Shown piece by piece: positions 25,201-37,699 of a DNA stretch of 64,000 nucleotides. Source of the stretch: Ylistrum balloti (lineage: Eukaryota); assembly GCF_031769215.1 (NCBI RefSeq), contig NW_026781915.1:496001-560000 (forward strand), written 5' to 3'. Within the stretch, counting starts at the first letter, position 1. The number at the start of each line of letters is the position of its first letter. Below the pieces are notes generated by a model, which saw only the letters and a list, made by a program, of their open reading frames with translations, was not told where the DNA came from and searched no databases. A program made the position numbers and the translations under genes.

Positions 25201-28200
25201 TATATAATAAATGATTTATGTTTGTTTGAACGTAGAGAATTAGAATCATAAATAGGCATACAGAAGTATTAAACCTAGTTCAGTAAATTGTTCACCGATG
25301 AAATTGACATTTTGAAGAAACATAAGACTGACACAGTTTTGCACAACTCCTTCACAAGTTTGCACCTTCAAAAGGAACCCGGTGTTTACTACCTTTTGGT
25401 TGTGATATGGCAAGCTGTTCAGATGGCACAGCATCTGTCAGATCTTTTCCAGGAGACAATATTGCTTGATCTGTTGTGGTTGGAGCACTGCCATCAGACA
25501 TTTCTCCTGAACTGAGAGGTATGTGCTCATCAACTAGAGAACTTGAAGTCACTTCTGAAGTACTGTCATTGACTGCCTTCTGAGATGTCTCAAGGTCTCC
25601 ATCAAAATCCATATCTAGGTCTAGCATCAGCAAAGGCTCTGTATTTAAAATACTCATGTCAAATCTTCGTCCATTATGGTTTAAATATATCCATGCATCA
25701 AAATTATAATCATATTGATGTTTTTTAACAACATACTTCAATAATTGTCTGGTGTGTTTAATGAGCTATATTTCAGTTTAACCTAGAACCTGAAAAGGAT
25801 TTTGTCGATTCTCTCATAATCATATCACAAAAATGTTTATAAACAGAATGTTATCAGCAGCAAAAACATAAACCAAGTGTAACATCGCACACAATACAAA
25901 TACAATTGTGCATTTAAATTTGCCTAGTTTGCCTAGAGGTAATAGTTAGTAAACCCAGCCACTGATAGCAGTAATTTATTTTATAGCCATGGCGTCACAG
26001 TTTTTATTGGAATAGTCCTGAGTGTTTCCAAATTTTTTCATGAAATATGTTTTCCCAATATATGCAGATGCAGCTTACTGCTGCAAAATTCTTTTAGAAC
26101 ATTGTTTTATGTAAAGCTTATGTTTTACCATTACCCATAGTTTTGGTCTTTGGTTTCCTTCTGTTCATCTCCACCATAGGACTGTTTTTCAGCAAGCTGA
26201 CCCTAAAACAAAAAAGGTCATTTATTAAGTTCAACACAATATAGATATCTTAAAAAAGATACATCAGCTGTCCCTTGTTTAACTGGCATTGTTAAGTATG
26301 TGCTCATTCTTGATATAGAGAACTACAAATACAAGCATCATTTCTCATTGGCTGAACTCAAATTTGAGAATAAGAATGTACTTTAAAATGTTTATCAACA
26401 TGGTGTCAAACTTTACATAGAATTAATGAATGGTACAGTCAAGCTTCTTGATTAAAATATTGATGCTTCATATTTAAGTTTGCTTTTATGATGGTGGTGT
26501 CTCATGCTAGTATTCTTGGAAAAAATAACTCTAAAATTTTAACCACTAGACTCTCTGAAAGACTAACAAATCCAAATTAATTTCTTCAGGCCCAGATGAA
26601 TGTAAAAATATGGCTTAAACAGCTTATTGATATAACCTCAAATAAACAATTAAACTTTATAATTACAGTTTCCTGAATAAGATGATGCAGTTCTTTGCTG
26701 AAGTGGAAGCCCACTGCTGCCGAAATTTTCTTAAATAGCATACAGAAGTTTCCAAATAAAACTGATCATACCATTCTTCTGGACTTTTTGGGTTGACAGG
26801 ACGATCATGTTGCGTCTTCCTCCTTTTCCTCTTACTCCGGGATGCTGACAGCACCAAACAGTCGCTATTAGGTTGTGCAAAAGGTGCCAAGTTACTCATG
26901 GTACGTCTGTTATTTCTTCTTTCAGGTGTTTGATTGGTGTCAGTGTTGTCTTCCTTTGTTGGTGAATTTGAGAATACTTCATCATCCAGAGGTTTAGCAA
27001 CCATGACCTCATCAGGAGGTGCCATCACAGATCTTTGTGACTTACCACGGGTGCTTCTCGGCGTTAGCACCTTCTTGGGAGATGTTAGGGTCTCAGAGGG
27101 AGGAGATAAACACAATGAGCGCCTCAGACTTCTTGTCATTCTCTTAGGTATTGATTTTGCTTCTTTCTGTGTGTTTAGTGGAGTCAGTGATTCCTTCAAC
27201 AGTGTCAGTTCTCTTGGGGCAGTAGAGATCCCTTCATTGTCACTTTCTTGTACACTGGCAGGGGCCTCGATCATGTCTACCTCTGAGGTCTTGACAGAAT
27301 ACTGACCACTTGACTGTTCACAGACTTCTGTTGTTGGTGTAGCAGACTGAGTTCCCAAAATGGACCGTCGTAGACTTCGTGTTACACGTCTTGTTTCCCC
27401 AAGATGAATGCTGACATCAGTCTGCATGGTAGGTTTCTCTGTGTTAACCTGTGGTTGAGCAAGTATATCCTGTGATGTCTCTCTCATACAATCACTGTCC
27501 TCAACCTCTGAAACATTGGTAACAGTAGACTGGGTAAGCCTGTTGCTGACTTTGGAAATGTCTACGAGGTTAATTGAACAATCCACTGCAGAAAGCTTGG
27601 AGTCTATGAGGAAAAGGTAAGAAAAAGTTAACACATCAAAACAATTTTATCCACAAGGAAAATAAAAAATGTGACAGAAGTAAGCTTAGTTCAATTTGAG
27701 TTTACTAGAATAATTATCATTCTATAGAGCAGTCCTGCTATTATCAACTGTGAAATGTTTTGAACTTGATGAATGCAAAAGGAGGAAAATCAGTTAAGTA
27801 CAAACACAAATCCAGTCACAAATGTTGTAACAGGGAAAACCAGGTGGTGCAAGGTTTTACCTTGAGATGGATCAGGTTTTGGTGTAGAGCATCTGAAACA
27901 GAGGATATCATGTTGTCACATGCAAGAATAACAGTGAAAATGATGAGTGCTTCCTGAAAACAAATTCTTACGAAGGGCAATAATTCTGTGGTTAAGGGAT
28001 TTCAGGCACTGAATTTTGTATATTGTACATCCTCTTTGTATGATCAATGTAAACACCATGTTTCATTATCCTAGTTCAAATGCAAGCAATTTAAAGTTGT
28101 GCTCTTGACACAAAATTCTAATAAAGGGCAAGATCTTTGTAATTAAGGGAATGCAATGCACATCCTCTTAGTAAAACCAATGTATGCACCAAATGTCAAA

Positions 28201-31200
28201 AATATTGTGACTAAGATGAAGTAAATTATTTTTCTAGACACAAACAAATGTATAAATTGCAATAACGCTTTACTTAGACCTTACAGGTCCTGAATTTGGT
28301 ATACTGCACATTTTCATAGTATGATCAATGCATACTCTTAACTTCAATATAACAGTTTTAATGAAAGCAAAGTTATGCCTTGGACAAGAAATTTTTAACA
28401 AATCTGTAATCAAGGGGTTGTAGGCCCTGACTTTGGTACAGTGCACAATTGTCTTAGTATGATCAATGTATACACACAAGTTTCTTTATCCTAGTTTAAA
28501 CGCAAGCAAAGATATGCTCCAGAGAAGAAATTTCAACAAAGGTCAATAACTCTGTAATTGAGGGTCCTGAATTTAGTACAGTGCACATCACCTAAGTATA
28601 ACCAAGGTATACAAGTTTCATGATCCTTGCTTAATTGTGGACATCAAAGGCCGCACAGAAAGAGGGAACACGGACAAAGTGTTGACTATATATGCTCCCC
28701 AAGAAAATTTTAGGGAGCATGATAAATATCTAATTTTAGCAGAAATTTAAAACCTTACAGTGATAAGTCATTGCAAGCATACTTTGTGTAATGCAAGATC
28801 ATAATGATCAAGGTAGTCTTGGACACGTTTAAGGCTCACTGCTGGTCCTTATAATGAGCACTTTTGTTAAATTATCATATGTATATAAAAACAAACTTTA
28901 GCTGAATGTAAGCCTTATAATTGACAGCCTTCATTAACACATAAGTTATAGCAAATAAAACTATCATTTGTATGATAAAACATAAATCCATTCAGTTGAC
29001 ACTGTCATATGGTAGTTACCTTTTAGGATCAGTGCCAATGAAGGATGTGGTGGCTGGACACAGGAAGCGAGCAGTACTGGCAGGACTCAAAGGTTTAAAT
29101 TCAAAGGTGGAGATGTTTGATGGAGCACTGAATGTGAAATCTTCTGGGGCAAACGAGATGCCTCTGAAAGTTGACACTTTCTCCAAGTTCAGGTTGGATG
29201 GTTTCTCCTTTGCTGTTGTCTTCTTTTCAGTGGCAGAATTTGGTTGTTTGGAGGAAGCTGTTACAAAATATTTTTCATGAACATCATAAAGAATTTCTCT
29301 ATAACATAAACATTAACAGCTAAACCATGTCTGGCTGTGACAGGATTAGGATTGCTAACATCATTTCAATGGAGCATACATTGTATTGAATAAATAAGTA
29401 AAAAACATTACTTGCCATATTTGTTTTCTAACACTGGATTAACATATGTTAAACACTAGCTTACACAAAAAGAAGATTTTTATCAGTCACACTACTGACA
29501 CAAAAACCAGAAAATGTTTGGAAGACAAATTTCCCCTTACTTTAAGTGCATAATTTTGTATCAACCCATAACAGAACTAATGTACAGCCAACATAGCATT
29601 TAAATATCACATGTCCTTCTGCTGAACTTAACACATAAAAAATATTACCAGAAGCTTTCTGTTTTTCTGAGGTCCTCGTTTTTGCTGATGGCCTGGATGT
29701 ATTGGATGATATGGTAGAACTTTTGGCTCCTTTAGATGCAGTTTGTGACCTGGTGACTCGACCTACTACAGGAGCTGGAGCTGTACTTTTGGATTTAGAA
29801 GTCTGACAATTGAAAACAAGGCAAAAATGCAGTACAATATATATAGGTTTTTATGATTATAGCATGACCAAGTAATACTTGTTTAGTTTCAAGGACACAC
29901 TGGTTTATAACAGCTGATGAGAACAACCACGCTTGCCTATTGATAACTTGTGAATACCAAATCAATGATAGAAATATATACCCATTATTGGTCCAATTAA
30001 CAAGAAAAAATTAAACAGAGTGCATGTGCTGTTTGATCTTATAAGCAATAACACAACACACAGACAGATATGGCTAGTAATCAATTTCATTTAGGCTGAT
30101 AATGTGCTTCCAGAAAGCTACAAAATCAGGAACACGTGTCAGTGAAGCATTTATTCATTACATAGTTCTATTGCATCTCTTGCTTGCACATTTACGATTT
30201 CAAGTACAGACCTCACTCCCTCATAAGCTTTGATAGATGTATTAACGAAGGTGTATAACAAGCTCTTGCGTGAAGGCCTATTTATTGATCAAGATTATCT
30301 TGGTCAGATTATTGTTGATGTAAACAAAATAAGAGCAAATTGGTTTGATTTTAACTTCACATACCAACTTTGTCAAATCACAAGTATTCAACAGATACAT
30401 TAGAATTTATATGATGTGCACATACCTCTGGTCTTTTGTTTACTGTCTTGACAGCGGTGTTTTTGGTGCTAACCCGACTTTCTACAATTCCCGGTTTCAG
30501 TGATTTCTGAAACAACAAAACAACAGACTTTGAAATCAGCTGAACATTAACAAGATGTCTCCATATCAAACTAGTATACAGTATATCAGATAATTACAAG
30601 TGTTTAATATAAACCTCTAGTTTTAAGTTGTTGTCATTACTCTCCCTAATGCCTGAGCCAGGTGGTTGGTGTTCAACAGCAGTATGAATACTAACATGCT
30701 ATATTTTCTATTCTTACTTACTAAAAAATAGTTGGTTGAGAGTTGATAAATAACAGGCACTGGTTGGGACGTCATTATAACTGAAGGCACCAATACTAGT
30801 GACAGGAGTTTACTCTACTCTTCTACTACCCTAACAACTAATTATGAAAATATAAAGAAGTTGAAGATGAAAACTTATTAGTTACTTTGAATCTGTTAAT
30901 ATTATATCATAAATAGTGACCATGTTACCTTATCTACTTCCTCAATAAATACCACTGATTCAGGATTTTCAATACTGCTAGTTTTAATTTATCTCCAACA
31001 GAATTTCGATTTCTGCATTTCAGAGATATTCCTGAATTCTACCAACTGACTTTGCAATTTTGGTATCCATTCAAAGATCTCATTATCTTAATTTATTTGA
31101 TTATAGATCCATGACTAATTGCTACAGTAGTTCAAAGTAAAGTACTAATAATCCTGTGTGATAAATACGTAATTCAAAGGTCCAAGAGTGGTGTAAATAA

Positions 31201-32664
31201 ATACAATACAAATATGTATTTGGAAAAATGTAGATATAACAAATAATGAAATAGAACATAATTATGAGTACTTTTTTGAGTAATCATTGTTTGGCAAAGT
31301 TTTTGGAGTTTCTGTTATGAAATTCTAATCAGAAAAATCAGAACCCAACCTTGTTATCAGAGTGCCATGGAAAAAAAATGACAAGGAAAACATGCTGATA
31401 TTTGGTGTACCGTTTTAGTCTGTGTTGAAACAAATCCTGCAACAGGACAAATTTGTTTCCCTTTCTTACTATCCTTCTTGTATAATTCATTATCATTATG
31501 GGCCATATGAAAAACTTTGAAAGAGGGTTTCAGCTTTTGTTTTTCTTTTTCCAGTTTTTTCTTCAATTCTTTTTCTTTCTTCCACTTCACAAGTTCTCTC
31601 TTCACATCATCTGCAGTTCTCAGTTTCCTTTTTTTACCATTTACTGTAAAAAAATCACAAAAATCAATAAATTGTACCTTGAAATTAAATTAATATCACA
31701 ATGTTACAACATACAAACATGCTCACTGAACAATGTCACAACAATGGAGTGATCAACCACTAAATGGAGTGTTACCAACTCGAATTTACCAATGTTAAAC
31801 ATCAACTGCACATAATCCATGAAAAGGGGTAACATATAGTGTAAGAGAGAGAGAGGCAGAGAGGACAAACAGTTAAAAGCTTTTGAATTATACCTTTTAC
31901 AAAACATACATGGTTAAGTGTCATTTTATGAATCAAACAGCAGAAAACACATAACCTGGCATTTTTTGAATGAGGGTGTTATTTGTTTATTGCTATTTGT
32001 TTGATAAAACGATAAGGACCTATGGTTGTACCATGCCTGTTATATTTGATTCCCACAACAGTGCCAATAATTTTTCATGACCGGTGATAAAGAATCCTTT
32101 CCTAATCCTACCACGAAACATTTATACGTCAGTTTTGGAAAACGAGGAACGACAATCGTCGAATTCATAAATTTTGATTTGTAGAATAATTCTAAATGCA
32201 CGTCTCTTGTAGACAAAAAACAGGCCAGGACACAGCCCAATTATTCATTTTTTATTTGTGCAAAATTTTCAAGTGTGAACAAGCATTTCCAATATCATAA
32301 TTTAACAAATCGGGATGAAAGTAGAATTAATTATGGCGAGAGGTAATGACTAGTATATATATTCAAATATTGCGTTTTCCCCATGCATGGCCAGTTTGAA
32401 ATAACTATTTAACCGGATAAAGACTTATGTGCTTATACCTTCTGCTGCATCCCACTTTACTGGTGTTTTCCCTTGGTAAGACGAAGTAACATTGTCATTG
32501 CAGCTTATTTCTTGCAAGGGCGAAAGATTCTGAAGATTTCTGCCTTTACTTGCTTCTTCGTGACGATTTTTCTTCCAGTCTAATGACCTTCTATGTAGAC
32601 GAAGTTTTTTGGCGTCAACTGATGTAGATTTTATTTTATAAGCGCCTTTCATTTGAAGCTCCAT
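16228..32664 (-). CDS. DLGAP5: Disks large-associated protein 5 (HURP/Mars), about 1200 aa
   Basis: In-phase exon chain: 32664-32439, 31643-31411, 30506-30426, 29802-29649, 29257-29020, 27892-27861, 27603-26772, 26202-26135, 25638-25393, 24839-24702, 23687-23527, 23041-22946, 22028-21839, 21434-21038, 20081-19873, 18631-18473, 16580-16456, plus a tentative last exon 16257-16228. It has the HURP N-terminal basic/coiled-coil region (HRRSL..KKNRH; KWKKEKELKK..PSFKV) and SFAPEDFTF. It also has the GKAP homology domain (YFRNL..ETD; GQIRTCIGQAQLLMSQRFKQFTGLV; DLQGFWDMIYYQVEDV..KF..LEKLKANNW) and FDGGFFKVASP. Confidence 0.93.
16700..17370 (+). mobile_element. Decayed Tc1/mariner-type transposase fragment in a DLGAP5 intron
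   Basis: Frameshifted motifs occur in the expected order: VKFGKGS.CFS (cf. VKHGGGS..WGCFS), FLHDDGAPRY (cf. FQQDNAPxH), NWPP...NLIENLW (cf. WPSQSPDLNPIENLW) and MKGVPIY (cf. AKGG.TKY). Confidence 0.8.
24180..24640 (+). mobile_element. Non-autonomous pearl/HINE-like element in a DLGAP5 intron
   Basis: Family-typical segments (ggccattttg, aagggctaaaactcc). Further partial copies lie at about 17660-18010, 19010-19260 and 23330-23500. Confidence 0.45.
27950..28725 (+). mobile_element. Best-preserved pearl/HINE-like element: about five ~139-bp internal modules plus a terminal hairpin
   Basis: The module core g.cctga.ttt.gta.a.tgcaca occurs at 28286, 28425 and 28564. It is followed by a cacggac spacer and an 8-bp inverted repeat atgctccc/gggagcat (28692-28720). 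Confidence 0.65.
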
Positions 32665-32689
32665 CTTGATCCTCCCTTCTCCGTTCCCT

Positions 32690-32815
32690 GTGTTTCAAAT
32701 TTCGCGGAAGTGTTTGTTACATCAATTTTGATTGGCCAATTTAGATTTCCCAGTGCCACCTAGGAAAACACCGAGGAACGATAACTCGTACTTAGTAATT
32801 GGTTTTCCCGCGCTT
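32690..32815 (-). promoter_or_regulatory. G2/M-type promoter of DLGAP5 (CDE/CHR, CCAAT boxes, E2F site)
   Basis: The minus strand reads CCGCG-AAA-TTTGAA (CHR at 32694-32699). There is a palindromic double CCAAT, ATTGGCCAAT, at 32731-32740, another ATTGG at 32798-32802 and TTTTCCCGCG at 32803-32812. Confidence 0.7.
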
Positions 32816-33789
32816 CATAGATTATGCCTGCTTGGTTGATTTTTATTCCTTTTATTTTCAAAAGAGAGTTTCCCTGTAAAAAAACAGTGGGATAATTATT
32901 TAAAAAATAATATCACGTTTGCGGGTAGCTTTTTTAATCACACAAGCACATTTTTTTTAACACTTTACAGCGCTGAGCAGACTAAGTGAAGTTACTCCAT
33001 AGGAGATAGCACTGTTTTATAATCTAGAAGGGAAAGAATGATGAAAGAGAGAGAGAGAGAGTTTAGAGTCGATAAACTCGACATCGATTTAAAAAGGACG
33101 ATAGAACCTCACAATAATTCGGACTTTTAATGAAATAACATAATTTTTACTGAAAAGATGCAACATAAAAAATGTCACCAGCATAAATTATACCTGGTTT
33201 AGGCAACATCAACCAATTCAATCAATTTCTTCCATTCATTTTGACAAAAGTATACAGGAATCACCTTTGCCATATGTAATACACCTTTTAGATACAAAGT
33301 TAGTTTTTTTTTAATTACATAAACTTGCGCCATCACTGATACTGTACTGTGGATAGTTCTGATTATGTAGATGTAGGATTTAAACAGCAGGAATTTCATT
33401 ATCTATTGTAAATACCAGTGTTATTAACAAAACCAAATAACATCGTTTCCTTGTTGATTGAGAGTGTAGTCGTTCATTCGTTTGATAACAATCAAGCACT
33501 TGCCAGACAATTATGGACTACATTGCATTCCCACAACGTATGCACAGTTGTCTCCCTTCCTCTATCATAGAAATTACTTGTAGGATTATTGAAAGCCATA
33601 TTCTGTGTGCATAGGAGTTGGTTGTTAAAATATAGTGAATTAACTGAAACTAGAATATTAAGTTGATCGAAAATAAATATTGCATTTACCTCCGTTTCTG
33701 TTCATGTGGGAGTTAACAATGAAAGTGCTGTTACCCTTTTTCTTTCTGTATGATTAGCATAATATAAATAAAAAAAATGTTTCGAGAAC

Positions 33790-36700
33790 ATTTTCATTTT
33801 TATTGTGTTCTTTTTTTTAAAAAAAGAATCGTGTTATGAGAAAATATCAGCCAATGTGTACAAATCTTCATTTAATCAAATTGCACATTTGATGCTGTTT
33901 TGAATGTCTTATTTGAATTAAATGAATTAAACATATTTGATTTGTAAATTGTTTAAAAAAAGGATCGGGCACAAAAAGGGATGACGTCATTGGAAGTAAA
34001 ATTATAACAGAGTTTCATGGTTAAAACCTGTTGCTACTTTTTATAAAACGTTGGGCTCGTAAAAAAAAGATTAGAGTTTGTTTCAAGGGACAGTTGATCA
34101 TTTCCATTAAGGAGAAGATCTAAGTCACAGTGAACTTGTAAATTCATATCATTTAAACGTTGGAAAAGGACATTTCTGTGAACATTATAACGCTGGCATT
34201 CAAAGAAAAAGTGATAGACATTTTCACACATCGGTTCATCCGAAATAAGTCGTAATTAAGGGAACTGCAATTATGTCTAAGCTTTGTATGAGTAATGTTT
34301 AGTTTAAGGTCACCAATACCAAAGTAAAAAGGATACAAAGGAAGATCGTTAGGTATTAAAGACTTTTTGAAGAAGTTGAGTGAGGCCGATGACCTGATAG
34401 AGCTATCAAGTGTATTCCAACTCCGAAGAGTAGACGGCAAGAAAGAAGACATGGTAGTTGAAAGACGAAAGAATGGGATTCTATGATTATTATTCTTTCT
34501 CGAAGTATAACGAATTTCATCTTGAACAGTAGAGGAAAGTAAGGAAGATAGATATTCAGGAGTTTTGTTAGTATGCATTTTATATAAATGATGGAGTTTC
34601 CTTCTCTTTCTCCAACCAGACAGTGATTCTAAACCAGTTTCAAAAGTTAAAGAATAAATATGTGCATAGGATGGCAGACCTGTGATAATTCTTGCTGCCT
34701 CACGTTGGGCCTTTTCTAGCATTTCAGATTCAGAAATTGAGCACCCGTCCCATAATTCATACGCGTATTCTAATACAGGTAAAATAAAAGTTCGATAAAT
34801 TCTTAAAAGAGCATCTCGCTTTAACACAAATTTCAATTTTCTCAGAACATTATTTTTTTTTCATAACAGAAGAATAGATAATTGGTATATGATCACCCCA
34901 TTTGGCACTAGAGCTGAAATTTACGCTAAGGTGCCTATAATTATCTGTAAAATCTAAAAACTTACCATCAAACTCTTATTCTAATAATTCATCAATTTCG
35001 TTTCTATTAGAAATAAAAAGAACATCAGTTTTATCTGGATTAAAAGATACTAGCCATGCTTTAGCCCATGCATTTAAAGATTCCAGATCATTGTTAAGAA
35101 TAGTTTGAATTTCGTGACAGGAAGATGAAGAGTATTGAAGAGATGTGTCATCCGCGAAAAGACGAGAGGCTGAATTAAATACATCTGCAATATCATTACT
35201 ATAAATAAGAAATAATAACGGACTTAGGATAGAACCTTGAGGAACCCCAGCATCAATAAAACCTAAGTTAGATAGATAAATAATTTTTCAACCAGGCCAA
35301 TAACTCTCCTTCTATACCATAGTATCTTAGCTTAATACACAAACCATTATGCCAAACACGATCAAAAGCTTTTGTTATGTCACAAAAGACTATACATGTA
35401 TGTGTTTTTTCTTCAAGAGATAAACAAATAGTATGATACATTTCAATCAGCTGAAACAATGTAGAATGGCCAGGTAAAAACCTTATTGTATTTATAGAAC
35501 AACGAATTTTCAATAAAATAATTGTGGATATGTTTGAATATGACACGTTCAAAAACCTTGCCAACGGTAGAAAGGAGAGATATTGGACGATAATTTGATG
35601 GAGAATGTCTTTCACCCTTTTTGAATAGTGGCATAACTAACATATTAAATAATAACTCAAGAGGTTTACAAACTGAATTACAGACATTCTTTAACATATG
35701 CTGACTGATTTCATCATGGCCCGAGGCTTTGCCAAGTTTCAATATTTCTAAGACATCTTTAATTTCGGTATAGTTCACTCTGATAGAATTAAACTTTTTA
35801 TTAATTTTTGGGGCAATGGTGGGGTCTGGGACATTATCCTCATCAATACGACTTATACTACAAAAATAATCTTTAAGTACATCAGCTTTATCCTTATCAC
35901 TCATAATTATTTCATCCGTCATTGGATCTATGAGAGTTGGAATTGTATCAGATGAACCACTAGATTTCATTAGACGTTTAATTAATATCCAATATGCTTT
36001 TGGGTCGGACGAAGAATAGCTATCTATTAGCCCATGGACATTTTCATAAAATATTTGTCTGTAGTACTTCTTCATATTTTTGACCTTATTTCTCTGAGTT
36101 TTAAACTGATTGATATCATGTTGTGTTTTTGTCTTTCTAGCTGTTTTAATTAAATTATCTTTTATTCGTATATTTTTTCTGTTCTGTTGTCATCCATGGC
36201 TTATCATTTGGTCTGATTGTTACAACTTTCGAAGGTATTGATAATGCTGCAAATTTCATAAAAAAAAGCATTAGTTAAAGTTTCATAAGCAATATCGACT
36301 GATTGAGAATTTGTAAAAGCTTCACTCAAGTCAAATTGATTTATAAGATAATTGAATTTACCAAAATCTGCTCGTTTATACAACCAAACTTTACGTTTGT
36401 AAACTGATTTAAAAGAAAATGTTAGTTTAACACTAACTGTACAACCAATATGATCGCTAATTGACCTTTCAATATCTATAACATATGAGACTATACAGGA
36501 AAGAGATTCACTTAAAAGAACTGGATTAAGTAAACTTGATCTAGTATGACCTACACGAGTGGGTTCTAATATAACATTTGACAAAATGAGGGGATTCATT
36601 ATATCTACAAAAACATGCGTTGGTGCAACAGTTAATAAATCTACATTGAAATCCCCTGTAATGATAACATTTGATGACATGTAAAACGCATTATGAATAG

Positions 36701-36830
36701 CTGATCTAAAATTGTCCTAAAATGGTAAAACAGAATTTTCAGGTCTATAAATGGTGCCAACTATATAAGTGATTTGTAGCCAGATGGTTTCATTGCTATT
36801 ATCATCTCCTTACACTTACATACTGTCTAA
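33790..36830 (-). mobile_element. 5'-truncated, frameshifted CR1-group non-LTR retrotransposon (APE endonuclease + reverse transcriptase ORF2)
   Basis: APE motifs: ETIWLQI, VGTIYRP, IITGDFN, SDH. RT motifs: KASGHDEI, PLFKKG...NYRPISLLSTVGKVFE, FCDITKAFDRVWH, GVPQGSILSPLLF, LFADDT. C-terminal region: IYRTFILPVLEY and LEKAQREAARIITG. Confidence 0.92.
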
Positions 36831-37699
36831 AAATAGCCCAAACAGGGACACAGTTGTGACATCTTTTTTGATATCGACATTATAACAGGAAAAAAGTACA
36901 ACGGAATAAAAGTTTTTGAAAATATATTTTTTTGACATTTATGGTGACAAGGAAGTAAGGAAACCCACACATTCAACAATCTTTGCAGTGTTATATCTTC
37001 TTATTGTGTAACACTTTGCATGAGAAATTATATAACGCAGATTTGACAAAATGCTTTATCTCGGGTATTTAAATGAAGAGGGCAATGAAATCTCAGTATG
37101 ACTGACAAGCATTCTTAAATATACGATATAGGCTGTTTAATTATCTTACATGACTAATGGTACATTCACATTAAAAAATATATTAGTCATAAAATTTGGC
37201 AATTTGTTCTATTTTTTGTGTCATTTTTTTTTGTCCAAATTAAACGAAACATATATTTCTCCAAGAGGTTATCTTAATAAGAAAAAAAAACAAACGCTTA
37301 AAGCATTTTTATTTATTTAAAATGACAATTGTGGTAAGATGGGCTTACAAATATGTATAAGTTTTCATGGTGAAAACCATGCAATTTTGGTTGAACAGTT
37401 AAAAAAAATTGCAATATTCACGAATTTGGACAACATTTCTTTTATTTTGTGCAGATCATGTCAAATGACACAATGATTTTGCTAGAAAAACCCTCATGGT
37501 ATCGATATTTTCACGACACAAATCTAAAGTTCATCTTCATGATTTTATTAGAATTTACATATAAAACTCTCTCTACCTGCACTGTACTAGTGTAGGAAAA
37601 GGAGATTTAATATTTTATTAAATATGAAATATATCAACCATGACAACTCACAATCACAAGGACCATTTTATTGTGACAATTCCTTTTCCTTACGATGGG

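Noticed and set aside
20900-29280. Plus-strand ORFs at 20900, 21236, 21676, 25288, 26934 and 28972
   Set aside because: They are antisense shadows of DLGAP5 exons.
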